This document shows positions 1-14,399 of a stretch of DNA of 64,000 nt, one piece after another. Both the position numbers and the translations under genes were made by a program. Numbering within the stretch: the stretch's first letter is position 1; each line of letters opens with the position of its first letter. Source of the DNA: the human T2T-CHM13v2.0 reference genome, Homo sapiens. The stretch is from the NCBI RefSeq assembly GCF_009914755.1, contig NC_060933.1; one strand, 5' to 3'. The notes under the pieces were generated by a model. That model worked only from the letters and a program-made list of their open reading frames with translations, had not been told where the DNA came from and did no database searches.

Positions 1-845
<845 letters not shown>

Positions 846-2566
846 ACAACAATAACAAACAAAACAAAAACACATTACAGACAAGAACTGTTGCTGGCAA
901 AGCTTAAAACCACCAGCCTATATCTGCTTATTTCAAATTCTGGATTCCAGTGTGTGTGTGACTATTTCTCAGTATAACTGACTGTAATGGCAAAGGGAAC
1001 TAATTATGTTCTTTTGGAGTGACAGAGTGCCCTGGTGGTCAGCACAGTCAAGGTGTATTGTGTCAGTGAGTTGTCAGAAGAGAGCATGAGGGCACTGCAT
1101 ATTGTGGTTGAGACTTTTTGTTTAATTGAAACTATTTGATGATAGAGCATTTATGAAATCTCGTTGTTCAGGGAGTGTGGCATAAAGAATGATTGAAAGT
1201 TTACATTTTTGTTCAGGGTGGCAGGCAAGATGGCAATAGGAAAGGCTCCAGTCTGCAGCTCCCAGTGAGATCAGTGCAGAATGTGGGTGATTTCTGCATT
1301 TCCAACTGAGGTACATGGCTCATCTCATTGGGACTGGTTAGACAGGGGGTGCAGCCCACAGAGGGCGAGCCAAAGCAGGGTGGGGCGTCACCTCACCCGG
1401 GAAGCAGAAGGGATTGGGGAACTCCCTCCCCTAGCAGAGGGAAGCCGTGAGGGACTGCCATGAAGAACAGTGCATTCCAGCCCAGATATTACACTTTTCT
1501 CATGGTCTTCACAACCCACAGACCAGGAGATTCCTTCGGGTGCCTACACCACCAGGGCCCTGGGTTTCAAGCACAAAACTGGGCAGCTATTTGAGCAGAC
1601 ACTGAGCTAGCTGCAGGAGTTTTTTTTTCATACACTGGTGGCATCTGGAATGCCAGCAAACAGAACAGTTTCCTCCCTGGGAAAGGGGTCTGAAGCTAGG
1701 AACCAAGTGGTCTAATTCAGTGGATCCCAACCCCATGGAGCCAAGCAGGCTAAGATCCACTGACTTGAAATTCTTACTGCCAGCACAGCAGTCTGAAGTA
1801 GAACTGGGAAGCTCAAACTTAGTAGGGGAAGGGGCGTCTGCCATTACTGAGGCTTGAATAGGCGGTTTTCCCCTCACAGTGAAAACAAAGCTGCCAGGAA
1901 GTTCAAACTGGGCAGAGCCCACTGCAGCTCAGCAAAGGAGTTGTAGCCAGACTGCCTCTCTAGATTCCTCCTCTCTGGGCAGGGTATCTCTGAAAGAAAG
2001 GCAGTGTATCTCTGAAAGAAAGGCAGCAGTCACAGTCAAGGGCTTATAGATAAAACTCCCTTCTCCCTGGGACAGAGCTTCTGGAGGAACGGGTGCCTAC
2101 GGGCACAGCTTCTGCAGACAAACATTCCTTCCTGCTGGCTCTGAAGAGAGCAGCAGATCTCCCAGCACAGAGCTGGAGCTCTCCTAAGGGACAGACTGCC
2201 TCCTCAAGTGGGTCCATGTCCCCCATGCCTCGTGACTGGGAGATACCTCCCAGCAAGGGTCAACAGACACCTCATACAGGAGAGCTCTGGCTGGCATCTG
2301 GCCAATGCCACTCTGGGACGAAGCTTCCAGAGGAAGGTACAGGCAGCAATACTTGGCGTTCTGCAGCCTCTGCTTGTGATACACAGGCAAACAGGGTCTG
2401 GAGTGAACCTCCAGCAAACTCCAGCAGACCTGCCACAGAGGGGCCTGACTCTTAGAAGGAAAACTAACAAAAAGAAAAAAATAGGATCATCATCAACAAA
2501 AAGTACATCCACACCAAAACCCCATCTGAAGGTTACCAACATCAAAGACCAAAGGTAGATAAATCC

Positions 2567-3590
2567 ATGAAGATGAGGAAAAACCAGTGCAAAAAGGCTG
2601 AAAATTCCAAAAACCAGAACATCTCTTCTCCTCCAAAGCATCACAACTCCTTGCCAGAAAGGGAACAAAACTGGACGGAGAATAAATGTGATGAATTGAC
2701 AGAAGTAGGCTTCAGAAGGTGGGTAATAACAAACTCCTCCGAGCTAAAGGAGCATGTTTTAACCCGATGCAAGGAAGCTAAGAACCTTGAAAAAAGGTTA
2801 GAGGAATTGCTAACTAGAATAATCAGTTTAGAGAAGAACATAAATGACCTGATTGAGCTGAAAAACACAGCACAAGAACTTCGTGAAGCATACACAAGTA
2901 TCAATAGCTGAATTGATCAAGTGGCAGAAAGGATATCAGAGACTGAAGATCAACTTAATGAAATAAAGACAAGATTAGAGAAAAAAATAATGAAAAGGAA
3001 CGAAGAAAGCCTTCAAGAAATATGGGACTATGTGAAAAGACCAAACCTACATTTGATTGGTGTTTCTGAAAGTGACAGGGAGAATGGAATCAAGTTGGAA
3101 AACATTCTTCGGGATATTATCCAGGATAACTTCCCCAACCTAGCAAGACAGGCCAACATTCAAATTCAGGAAATAAAGAGAACACCACAAAGATACTCCT
3201 TGAGAAGAACAACCCCAAGACACATAATCGTCAGATTCACCAAGGTTGAAATGAGGAAAAAAATGTTAAGGGCAGCCAGAGAGAAAGTTCTGGTTAACCC
3301 AAAGGGAAACCCATCAGACTAACAGCGGAACTCTCAGCAGAAACCCTATAAGCCAGAAGAGAGTGGGGGCCAATATTCAACATTCTTAAAGAAAAGAATT
3401 TTCAACACAGAATTACATATCCAGCCAAACTAGTCTTCATAGTCAAAGGAGAAAAAAATCTTTTATAGACAAGCAAGTGCTGTGAGATTTTGTTACTGCC
3501 AGACCTGCCTTACAAGAGTTCCTGAAGGAAGCACTAAACATGGAGAGGAGCAACCTGTACCAACCACTGCAAAAACATACCAAATTGTAA
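2567..3590 (+). pseudogene. L1 ORF1p remnant with premature stop (~2909) and frameshifts
   Basis: ORF track: 'MRKNQCKKAENSKNQ...', 'LQEIWDYVKRPNLHLIGV', 'TPRHIIVRF'. Confidence 0.9.
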
Positions 3591-3653
3591 AGCTCATTGA
3601 CACTATGAAGAAACTGCATCAACTAACGGGCAAAATAACCAGCTAACATCATA

Positions 3654-6600
3654 ATGACAGGATCAAATTCACACATAACAATATTAACCTTAAATGTAAA
3701 TGGGCTAAATGCCCCAATTAAAAGACAGACTGGCAAATTGGATAAAGAGTCAAGACCCATCAGTGTGCTGTATTCAGGAGACCCATCTCATGTGCAAAGA
3801 CACACAGAGGCTCAAAGTAAAGGGATGGAAGAATATTTACCAAGCAAATGGAAAGCAAATAAATAAATAAATAAAAAATAAAAAAGCAGAGTTGCAATCC
3901 CAGTCTCTGATAAAGCAGACTTTAAACCAACAAAGATCAAAAGCAACAAAGAAGACCATTACATAGTGGAAAAGGGATCAATGCAACAAGAAGCGCTAAC
4001 TATCCTAAATATACATGCACCCAATACAGGAGTACCCAGATTCATGAAGTAAGTTCTTACAGACCTACAAAGAGACTTAGACTCCCACACAAAAATAGTG
4101 GGAGACTTTAACACCCCACTGTCAATATTAGACTGATCAATGAGACAAAAAATTAACAAGGATATTCAGGACTTGAACTCAGCTCTGGACCAAGCAGACC
4201 TAATAGATATCTACAGAACTCTCCACCCCAAATCAACAGAATATACGTTCTTCTTAGCACCACATTGCATTTATTCTAAAATTGACCACATAATTGGAAG
4301 TAAAACACTCATTAGCAAATGCAGAAGAATGGAAATCATAACAAACAATCTCTCAGACCACAGAGCAATCAAATTATAACTCAGGATTAAGAAACTCACT
4401 CAAAACAGCAGAAATACATGGAAACTGAACAATCTGCTCTTGAATGACTACTGGGTAAATAATGAAATTAAGGCAGAAATAAATAAGTTTTTAGAAACCA
4501 ATGAAAACAAAGACAAAAAGAACCAGAATCTCTGGGACACAGCTAAAGCAGTGTTTAGAGAAAAATTTATAGCACTAAATGCACACAGGAGAAAGCAGTA
4601 AAGATGTAACTTCGACACTCTAACATCACAATTAAAAGAACTAGACAAGCAAGAGCAAACAAATTCAAAAGCTAGCCAAAGACAAAAAATAACTAAGATC
4701 AGAGCAGGACTGAAGGAGAAAGAGACAAAAAAATTCTTCAAAAAATTAGTGAATCTAGGAGCTGGTTTTTTGAAACGATTATCAAAATAGACCACTAGAC
4801 AGACTAACAAGGAAGAAAAGAGAGAAGAGTCAAATAGAAACAATAAAAATGATAAAAGGTGTATCACCACTGATCCCACATAAATACAAACTACCATCAG
4901 AGAATACTATAAACACCTCTATGCAAACAAACTAAAAAATTTAGAAGAAACAGATAAATTCATGGACCATACACTCTCCCAAGACTAAACCAGGAAGAAG
5001 TCAAATCCCTTAACAGATCATTAACAGGTTCTCAAATTGAGGCAGTCGTTAATAGTTTACAATCCAAAAAAAGCCCAGGACCAGACAGATTCACAGCCAA
5101 ATTCTATCAGAGGTATAAAGAGGAGCTGGTACCATTCCTTCTGAAACTATTCCAAACAATAGAAAAAGAGGGACTCCTCCCTAACTCACTTTATGAGGCC
5201 AGCATCATCCTGATATCAGAACCTGGCAGAGACATAACAGAAAAAGAAAATTTCAGGCCAATATCCCTGATGTACATCCATGAGAAAATCCTCAATAAAA
5301 TACTGGCAAACTGAATCCAGCAGCACATCAAATAGCTTATCCACCACGATCAAGTCAGCTTCATCCTTGGGATGCAAGGCTGGTTCAGCATACGCAAATC
5401 AATCAATAAACGTAATCCATCACATAAACAGAACCTATGACAAAAACCACATGATTATCTCAATAGATGCAGGAAAAGGCTTTCGATAAAATTCAACATC
5501 CCTTCATGCTAAAAACTCTCAAGAAACTAGGTATTGATGGAATGTATCTCAAATTAATAAGAACCATTTATGACAAACCCACAACCAATATCACACTGAA
5601 TGGGCCAAAGCTGGAAGCATTCCTTCTGAAAACTGGCACAAGACAAGGATGCCCTCTCTCACCATTCCTATTCAACATAGTATTGGAAGTTCTGGCCAGG
5701 GCAATCAGGCAAGAGAAAGAAAAAAAGGGTATTCAAACAGGAAGAGAGCAAGTCAAATTGTCTCTGTTTGCAGATAACATGATTGTATATTTAGAAAACC
5801 CTATTGTCTCAGCCCCAAATCCCCTTAAGCTGATAAGCAACTTCAGCAAAGTCTCAGGATACAAAATCAATGTGCAAAAATCACATAATTCCTATAAACC
5901 AATAATAGACAAACAGAACCAAATCATGAGTGAGCTCCCATTCACAATTGCTACAAAGAGAATAAAATACCTAGGAATCCAACTTACAAGGGATGTGAAG
6001 GACCTCTTCAAGGAGAACTACAAACCACTGCTCAAGGAAATAAGAGGGGACACAAACAAATGGAAAAACATTCCATGCTCATGGATAGGAAGAATCAATA
6101 TCGTAGAAATGTCTGTACTGCCAAAAGTAATTTATAGATTCAATGCTATCGCCACCAAGCTACCATTGACTTTCTTCACAGAATTAGAAAAAACTACTTT
6201 AGATTTCATATGGAACCAAAAAAGAGCCCATATAGCCAAGACAATCCTAAGCAAAAAGAACAAAGCTGGAGGCATCGCGCTACCTGACTTCAAACTATAC
6301 TACAAGGCTACAGTAACCAAAATAGCATGGTACTGATACCAAACCAGATATATAGACCAATGGAACAGAACAGAGGCCTCAGAAATAACACCATACATCT
6401 ACAACCATCTGATCTTTGACAAACCTGACAAAAACAAGCAATGGGGAGAGGATTTCCTATTTAATAAATGGTGTTTAGAAAACTGGCTAGCCATATGCAG
6501 AAAACTGAAACTGGACCCCTTCCTTATACCTTATACAAAAATTAACTCAAGATGGATTAAAATCTAAATGTAAGACCTAAAACCATAAAACCCTTGAAGA

Positions 6601-7470
6601 AAACCTAGGCGATACTATTCAGGGCATAGGCATGGATAAAGACTTCATGACTAAAACACCAAAAGCAATAGCAACAAAAGCCAAAATAGACAAATGGGAT
6701 CTAATTAAACTAAAGAGCTTCTGTACAGCAAAAGAAACTTTCATTAGAGTGAACAGGCAGCCTACAGAATGGGAGAAAATTTTCGCAATCTATCCATCTG
6801 TGTAAGGACAATATCCAGAATCTACAAGGAACTAAAACAAATTCACAAGAAAAAAACGACCCCATCAAAAATTGGGCAAAGGATATGAACAGACACTTCT
6901 CAAAAGAAGACATTTATGTGGCCAACAAACATATGAAAAACAGCTCATCATCACTGATCATTAGAGAAATGCATATCAAAACCACAATGAGATAACATCT
7001 CATGCCAGTTAGAATGGCGATCTTTAAAAAGTCAGGAAACAACAGATGCTGGAGATGATGTGGAGAAATAGGAACACTTTCACACTGTTGGTGGGAGTGT
7101 AAATTAGTTCAACCATAGTGCAAGACAGTGTGGCGATTCCTCAAGGATCTAGAACCAGAAATACCACTTGACCCAAAAATCCCAATACTGGTTATATACC
7201 CAAAGGATTATAAATCCTTCTACTATAAAGACGCATGCACACGTATGTTTATTGCAGCACTATTCACGATAGCAAAGACTTGGAACCAACCCAAAAGCCC
7301 ATCAATGTTAGACTGGATAAAGAAAATGTGTCACAATACACCATGGAATACTATGCAGTCATAAAAGGGATGAGTTCATGTCCTTTGCAGGGACATGGAT
7401 GAATCTGGAAACCATCATTCTCAGCAAACTAACACAGGAACAGAAAACCAAACATCACATATTCTCACTC
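3654..7470 (+). pseudogene. L1 ORF2p (endonuclease/RT) remnant; longest open piece 5467-6336
   Basis: 'MTGSNSHITILTLNVNGLN', '[10 protein letters not shown]', 'IKYLGIQLT'; catalytic FADD motif reads FADN; multiple stops and frameshifts. Confidence 0.92.
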
Positions 7471-7741
7471 ATAAGTGGGAGTTGAACAATGAGAACACAT
7501 GGACACAGGGAGGGGAACATCACACACCAGGGCCTGTCAGGGGGAGGGGGGCTAGGGGTGGGATAGCATTAGGAGAAATACCTAAGGTAGATTTCAGGGT
7601 GATGGGTGCAGCAAACCTCCATGGCAAGTGTATACCTATGTAACAAACCTGCACGTTCTGTACTTGTATCCCATAACTTAAAGTATAATAATAATAAGAA
7701 GAAATAGTTTCACATCTTTTGGACACGAAAAAAAAAAAAAA

Positions 7742-7972
7742 AAGACCTAGTCTTTGCTAGCAGAACTGGGTGACTATAGTAAAAACTAGTTGAATTGTAC
7801 ATTTAAAATCATTGAAAGAGTTTAATGGATTGTCTGAAACAGAATGCATAAATGCTTGGGATGATGGATATCCCATTCAACCTGATGTGATTATTATGCA
7901 TTGCATGCCTGTATCAAAATATCTCATATAACCCATAAGTATACACACCTACTATGTACCACTAGAAATTCT
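7742..7972 (+). mobile_element. L1MA-like extreme 3' tip, the displaced continuation of the L1MA at 29088-33350
   Basis: 'aagacctagtctttgctagcagaactgggtgactatagt...gcctgtatcaaaatatctcat...actatgtacccac'. Confidence 0.85.
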
Positions 7973-7989
7973 GATTTATATTTTTTAAA

Positions 7990-8465
7990 TTGAATGCATG
8001 ATCTTGAAGAGATGTTTGCACACACATGTTTGTAGCAGCATTATTAACAACAGCTAAAACTTGGACACAACCTAAGTGTCCATCAACAGATGAATGGAAA
8101 AGCAAAATGTGGTAAATACATTCATGAAATATTAATTAGCCTTAAAAAGGAAAAAGATGTGACATATGCTACAACATGGATGAGCTTTGGGGACATTCTG
8201 CTAAGTGAAATAAGTCAATCAAAAAGACAAATACTTATATGAAGTACTTAGACTAGTTAAGGCCATTGAAAGACAGAAAGTAGAATGATGGTTGCGAGGT
8301 GGTGGGGGTGGGGACAATGAGGAGTTCTTTAAAGGGTATAGAATTTCAGTTTTTCAAGATGAAAAGCATTCTGGAGACTGATTGCTCAACAATGTGAATA
8401 TACTTAACAATACTGAATTGTATATGTAAATCTGGTTAAGGTGGTACATTTTATGTTACACGCAC
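7990..8465 (+). mobile_element. L1MA9/L1MB-like 3' fragment
   Basis: 'aacctaagtgtccatcaacagatgaatgg', 'atgctacaacatggatgag', 'aatgtgaatatacttaacaatactgaattg'. Confidence 0.8.
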
Positions 8466-8484
8466 AAAAGAAGTAGAAACGGAA

Positions 8485-8740
8485 GTAGATTCTCAACTAG
8501 TACACTATTGTCATGTTGGCTGGGACAATTCTTGTTTATGTAGAGCTATCCCTGCACATTGCAGAATGTGTAGCATCCCTGGTTTCTTCTCAATTAATGT
8601 GGTAATGTTCTCTAGTTATTGTCACAAACAAAGCAAAATGAAACAGCCCCAAACACTGCCAAGTGCCCTCATGATGATTGGGAGGGTTGGAGTGGATGGC
8701 AGCACTGGCCCCAAGCGAGTACCCGTGGATGAGGAAGGCT
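8485..8740 (-). mobile_element. MER20-like hAT-Charlie MITE
   Basis: Resembles the MER20 reverse strand: 'ttctcaac...cactattgtcat...aattctt...cattgcagaatgtgtagcatccctgg...ctgccaagtgccc'. Confidence 0.7.
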
Positions 8741-9059
8741 ATAGATAGAAAATAGAAACACTCCAGGCAAATGGAGGAAGCTGTCTTAGCTCCACATCTT
8801 CAGTTCCAGAAATATCCCATGGCCTCTGCACAAGCTTAGCATCTTCTTATCCACCATCTAGTTTCTTTTCTCCCTTGCAGTCTCAGCTCAACCATCACTT
8901 CTGGGAGACACCTTCTTCAGCTCCTTCACTTCCTGCTTAGGTCAATTTTCCTGTATTATACCCTCAAAGAACACCATGTACCTCACCTTCATAGCACATA
9001 TGCAGTTGTTTTACATATATTTATGGATTTTGGTCTTACTTATTGGAATAAAAGCTCTG

Positions 9060-9925
9060 AGAAAAAAGAATGGGTAAAAGATATGAATAGACTTTTATCC
9101 AAAGAAGATACACAAATGGCCATTAAGCACATAAAAAGATGTTCAACATCTTTAGTCATCAAGGAAATGCAAATCAAAACCACAATGAGATACCACTTTA
9201 CAATCACCAAGTGGCTATAATCCAAAAAAGATAACGACAAGTGTTGGGGAGTAGTGGAGAAATTGGAATCCTTATACGCTGCTGGTGGGAATGTAAACTG
9301 GTGTAGTCACTTTGGAACAGTCTGGCAGTTCCTCAAGAGGCAAGATACAGAGTTACCATATGACCCAGCAATTCTACTCCTGGTTATATATAACCAAGAT
9401 AAATGAAAAACATGTTCACACAAAAACCAGCGCACAAATGTTCATAGCAGCATTGTTCATAATAGCAGAAACAAATGTTCATAAACTGATCAATGGATAA
9501 ATAATTGTTGTATATCCATATAATGAAATATTATTTGACCATACAAAGAAATGAAGTATTGGTGAATGCTACAGTTTGGATGAACCTTGAAAATTCGATG
9601 CTATGTAAAAGAAGCTCATCACAAAAGACCATGTATAGTATGATTCCAAAATCCAGAATAGGCAACTCTTTGGAGACACTAAGTAGATTATTGATTGCCT
9701 AGAACTAGGAGGTTTGGGGAAATTAGAGTGATGGCTAAAGAGTATCGGGTTTATTTTTGGAATAATGAAAATGTTCTAATACTGATGGTGGAAATGTTTG
9801 CACAACTCTGTAAATATGCTAAAACCACTAAATTGTACACTTTAAGTGGTTGAATTTTATGTTAAGTGAATTATATCGCAATAAAGCTATTACCGGAAAA
9901 AGTTTAAAAAAGAAAAAAAAACAAA
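9060..9925 (+). mobile_element. L1MB-like 3' end
   Basis: ORF2 C-terminal remnant '[14 protein letters not shown]', 3'UTR, 'aataaagct' and A-tail. Confidence 0.88.
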
Positions 9926-10619
9926 GAAAAGAGGGGACTTTGATCAAAAATACATGTTCCCATTATTCAAGTTTCTATTCTTATCACAGAGAAAAGGACA
10001 CAGCTAAATTTAAGAGTGATAATATTGTGGAACTGAAATAATACTATTTAATAACCAAAGAAGTGTATAAGTTGAGGAACACTGTCACAGAATGACAGAC
10101 ATTTTCTATTTGTGAATATCCATGACCCCATGATGGGGCCATTCACTTACCAGGTATTGAGCTATGAATTAATTCTTGTCCACTTTTCTAATTACTTCGT
10201 GGATTTCAGATTGCGTAAAAATAACCAGTTTAGGATCTGTTAGGCAGGGGATTGATTTCGGCTAATCTCACATCTATTTGCAATCACATTACAGACTTCC
10301 TTCAAGCTCTGTGTCCACACAGAAGCAGGGAGAGCCTAAGGTACTAGAAAGAGTCAGAAAATGTAAATCACTCCCAGAAAATCATATTTTTTCATGGTTT
10401 GGTTTTTCACTCTGGCCAATGGAAGTTTATTCATCCTGGAAGCATTAGCTCACTCACAGAAAGCCTAAAGCCATAAAGGACTTGGTTCTGTCTCGAAGTT
10501 TGTGAAAGCAGCATCCTATAGCCACAGTTAGTTATCAGATTACTTGGAGAAGTTTCTAACGAATGGCAATTTAAGAAGATAAACCAGATGTCTTTCACCT
10601 TTAACTATTCAAAGTGCAA

Positions 10620-10765
10620 TATGAGAACCATGAGTATCAATATTACCTGATAGCTTTCAGAAATGCATAATCTCAATCCCACTTAAGACCTCCTAAATCA
10701 GCACCTGCATTTGAATGAGAGCCCCGGGGATTTATATGCACTTAAAGTTTGAAAAGCAGTTTCTA
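10620..10765. mobile_element. MER5-like DNA transposon fragment
   Basis: 'aaatcagcacctgcattt...gatttatatgcacttaaagtttgaaaagc'. Confidence 0.6.
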
Positions 10766-11357
10766 AAAGACTTTCTGCTCAAGTCTACACTATGATTCAG
10801 AAAGACATACCTCAACTACATCTGCTCCATTATCTTCCCCATTCACCTCTCTCACTGTGTGTGTGTGTGCATGTGTGTGTATACTACTCATCTATAAAAG
10901 AGCATGTTTTTCTTTTCTCTTCTTTAGGATCCTGAGTCTTACTTGCTATCATTCTAAGAGGTTTTATGGAAAAGCTATGGTTTTTCTCCTTCAAGTGCTC
11001 CTTTCCCTTAACCTTCTTATGGTAAGAGAATGCCTCTTCCCCTCTTTTCTTTCACTTTTTTCATGTGGTAGGAGACGAGGTGACCCCATCTTGAGAAAAA
11101 GATAAGTAATTGTGAAAACATTTCATGAGCTTCTGAATCCAGCCACGTCTGAAGACTACATTGTACATTACATTTATGTACAACAATAGGTTTCCCATTT
11201 TCACTTAATCTAGTTTAAACTGAGTTTATATAAATCATAAATGAAAAAAATCCTGACAAGTACAGTAACCCATCGATTTTATTTTTCTGATGCCTCCATT
11301 CACTGACAGCTAGGGGTCACCTGGCATTTAAAGAAAAACTCCAACATGAAAGCAAGC

Positions 11358-14338
11358 TTTTTTTTTTTTTTTTTTCTATTTCCAACTTGTTCCAACACAT
11401 TCAAAGGTACATGTGCAGGATGTGAAGGTTTGTTACGTAGGTAAATAAATGTATGCTTTGGTGGTTTTCTGCACAGATCATCCCATCACTCAGGTATTAA
11501 GCCCAGTATCTACTAGATACTCTTCCTGGTCCTCTCCCTCCTCTCACCCTGCCCTGCCCTCCAACAGGCCCCACTGTGTGTTGTTTCTCCACCATGTGTC
11601 CATGTGTTCTCATTATTTAGCTCCCACTTATAAGTGAGAACATGCAGTATTTGGTTTTCTGTTCCTGCATTAGTTTGCTAAGGCTAATAACCTCCAGCTC
11701 CACCCATGTCCCTACAAAGGACATGATTTCATTCCTTTTTATGGCTTCATAACATTCCATGGTGTATATGTACCATATTTTGTTTATCCAGTCCATCATT
11801 GATAGGCATTTGGGTTGGTTCCATGTCTTTGCTATTGTTAATAGTGCTGTAATGAACATATGCATGCATGTATCTTTATAATAGAAAGATTTATATTCCT
11901 TCAGGTATATACCCAGTAATGGGATTGCTGGGTCGAATGGTATTTCTGCCTCTAGATCTTTGAGGAGTCGCCACACTGTCTTCCACAATGGTTGAACTAA
12001 TTTACACTCCCACCAACAGTGTAAAAGCGTTTATTTTTCTCCACAGCCTTGCCAGCACCTGTTTTTTTTTGACTTTTTAATAATAGCCATTCTAACTGGT
12101 GTGAGATGGTATATTATTGTGGGTTTGATTTGCATTTCTCTAATGATCAGAGATGTTGAGCTTTTTCTCATGTTTGTTAGCCACATGTATGTCTTCTTTT
12201 GAGAAGTGTCTGTTCATGTCCTTTGCCCACTTTTTAATGGGGTTATTTGTCTTTTTCTTGTAGATTTGCTTAAGTTCCATAAAGATCCTGGATATTAGAC
12301 CTTTGTCAGATGCATATATTGCAAAAATGTTCTCCCATTCTGTAGGTTGTCTGTTTACTCTGTTGATAGTTTCTTCTGCTGTTCAGAAGCTCTTTAGTTT
12401 AATGAGATCCCATTTGTCAATATCTGATTTTGTTCTGATTGCTTTTGGCATCTTTGCTATGAAATCTTTGCCCATGCCTATGTCCTGAATGGTATTGCCT
12501 AGGTATTCTTCTATGATGTTTATAGTTTTAGGTTTCACATTTAAGTCTTTAATCCTTGTGGTGTAAGGAAGGCGTCTAGTTTTAATTTTCTGCACATGGC
12601 TAGCCAGTTCTCCGAGCATCGTTTATTAAATAGGGGATCCTTTCCCCATTGCTTCTTTTTGTCAGGTTTGTTGAAGATCAGATGGTTGTAAGTTTGTGGC
12701 CTTATTTCTGAGTTCTCAATTCTGTTCCATTGGTCTATGTGTCTGTTCTTGTACCAGTACCATGCTGTTTTGGTTACTGTAGCCCTGTAGTATAGTTTGA
12801 GGTCAGGGAGCATGATGCCTCCACCTTTGTTTTCTTTGCTTAGGATTGCCTTGACTATTCAGGCTCCTTTTTGGTTCCATATGAATTTTCAAATAGTTTT
12901 TTTCTAATTCAGTGAAGAATGTCAATGGTAGTTTAATAAGAATAGCATTGAATCTATAACTCTGTCTGTAGAATACAGGAGGGGGTTGCTGGAGGCCCTG
13001 GCTTGGAGGACCCACCCAGCAAGGAAGAATAGATTGGGGTCCCATTTAATGAAGCAGTTTGGCCATGCCTCAACAAAACAGCTATGCCATGCTGGGGAAC
13101 TGACTCTTCCCTAGTTAGCTTGGACTCTCCAAAGCTCACGAAGATGGAATGGCCAAGTCATCCAAACAACAAAGACAGCAGCCTGCCCTTCCCCCGGGGT
13201 ACTTCGTCCCAGGGAGAGATTAGAGCTCTGTCCATAGAACACAGGCAGGGGTGGCTGGAGGCCCTGCTGGGAGGTCCCACCAAGTGAGGAGGAATGGACA
13301 GGGTTCCTGCTTAAAGATGCAGTCTGGCCACATTTTGATAAAGCAGCTGTGCTGTGCTAGGGAGTCCCTTCATTGGCTGGACCATTTGGACTCCAAGGCC
13401 TGCCAGCTGGAATGGCTAAGTCATCCAAACAGCAAAGATGGCAGCCTGCCCCTTTCCTGGGCACTCTGTCCCAGGGAGAGATCAGAACTCTCTTCATAAT
13501 ACTAGCTGACAGGGGTGGCTGGAGACCCCTGCTGGGATGGGTCAGTGTTCCATTTAAAGAAGCAGTCTGGCCACGTTTTGGTAAAGAAGTTGTGCTGTGC
13601 TGGAGGGAAGGGTCCCTTCCGCATCTGGACCATTTGAACTCTTCAAAGCCTGCAGGTTGGAACAGCTGAGTCATCCAAACAGCAAAGATGGCAGTCCATC
13701 CCACTCTCCTTGGGGTCTCTGTCCTGTCTCAGGCAAGCTGTACCCTGTTGCGGGTGGCTGGCTGGAATTCCAAGTAAGTGAGTCTTATCTTATGAGGTGC
13801 CGTGGTAGTGGGGCCCACACACTGATGCTGCTCGGCCCTCTGGGTTCAGCCCGATTTCTAGGGCTATATATGGACCTCCTGCCTTGCCTCAGTTGCAGTC
13901 ACCTTTGTCAGGGATCCTGGAGTCGGAGTATGTAAAGCTCCAGGGTCTCTGTGCATGCCTGAGGAGCTGCCCTGCCAAGACTCTACATAGCTCTGTGTGT
14001 CGGATCCAAGGCCCTGGTAGAGTGGGCTCACAAGGGGACCTCCTGATCCAAAGGTCAAAGATCTGCATGTGAAGCATGTTTTCCTGGGGTTGCACATTCA
14101 TTCACCACTTCCCTTGGCTGGGGGGTAGGGGTTCCCTTGGTTTTGTGTCACACTCAGGTGGGCCATCACCCTGCCCTGCATTTCTTCATTCTCTGTGGGT
14201 CGAGTTGTTTCCCTGATCAGTCCCAGTTGGGAGTACCTGGGTATTTCAGTTGAAGGTGCTGTATTTACTTGCCCTTTTCATTCCTCTCTGTGTCATGAAT
14301 CATAGCTGTTTATAATTGGCCATCTTGGCCTCCTCCTC
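11358..14338 (-). mobile_element. L1PA11-13-like element with large internal deletion (5'UTR joined to distal ORF2)
   Basis: Poly-T/3'UTR from 11358, ORF2 3' part to ~12959, then 5'UTR with ~260-bp tandem units ending 'ggccatcttggcctcctcctc'. Confidence 0.85.
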
Positions 14339-14399
14339 AGATATTTTTTTAAATGAGAGACTTCTAAAACTTCTCAAATACTCAGAGTAATAAAAGAAA

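Larger units (their letters stand above)
1217..7743 (+). mobile_element. Full-length decayed LINE-1, L1PA7-like (copy A)
   Basis: 5'UTR 'ggtggcaggcaagatggc...ctgcagctcccagtgagatc', ORF1 and ORF2 remnants, 3'UTR with G-rich tract, 'aacttaaagtataataataat' and A-tail. Confidence 0.95.

Noticed and set aside
5467-6336. 289-aa reverse-transcriptase ORF as a functional or novel RT system
   Set aside because: It is a fragment of L1 ORF2 bounded by a frameshift and a stop, with the catalytic FADD mutated to FADN.
7701-7725. gaaatagtttcacatcttttggaca as the ordinary TSD partner of 1195-1215 (no inversion)
   Set aside because: It needs three indels plus two mismatches, leaves the following A16 and copy B's missing TSD unexplained, and does not explain the split L1MA. 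It is disfavoured but not formally excluded.
12961-13720. Tandem array as a CRISPR or novel satellite
   Set aside because: The units are long and diverged with no spacers, and lie within an L1 5'UTR where such monomer arrays are known.
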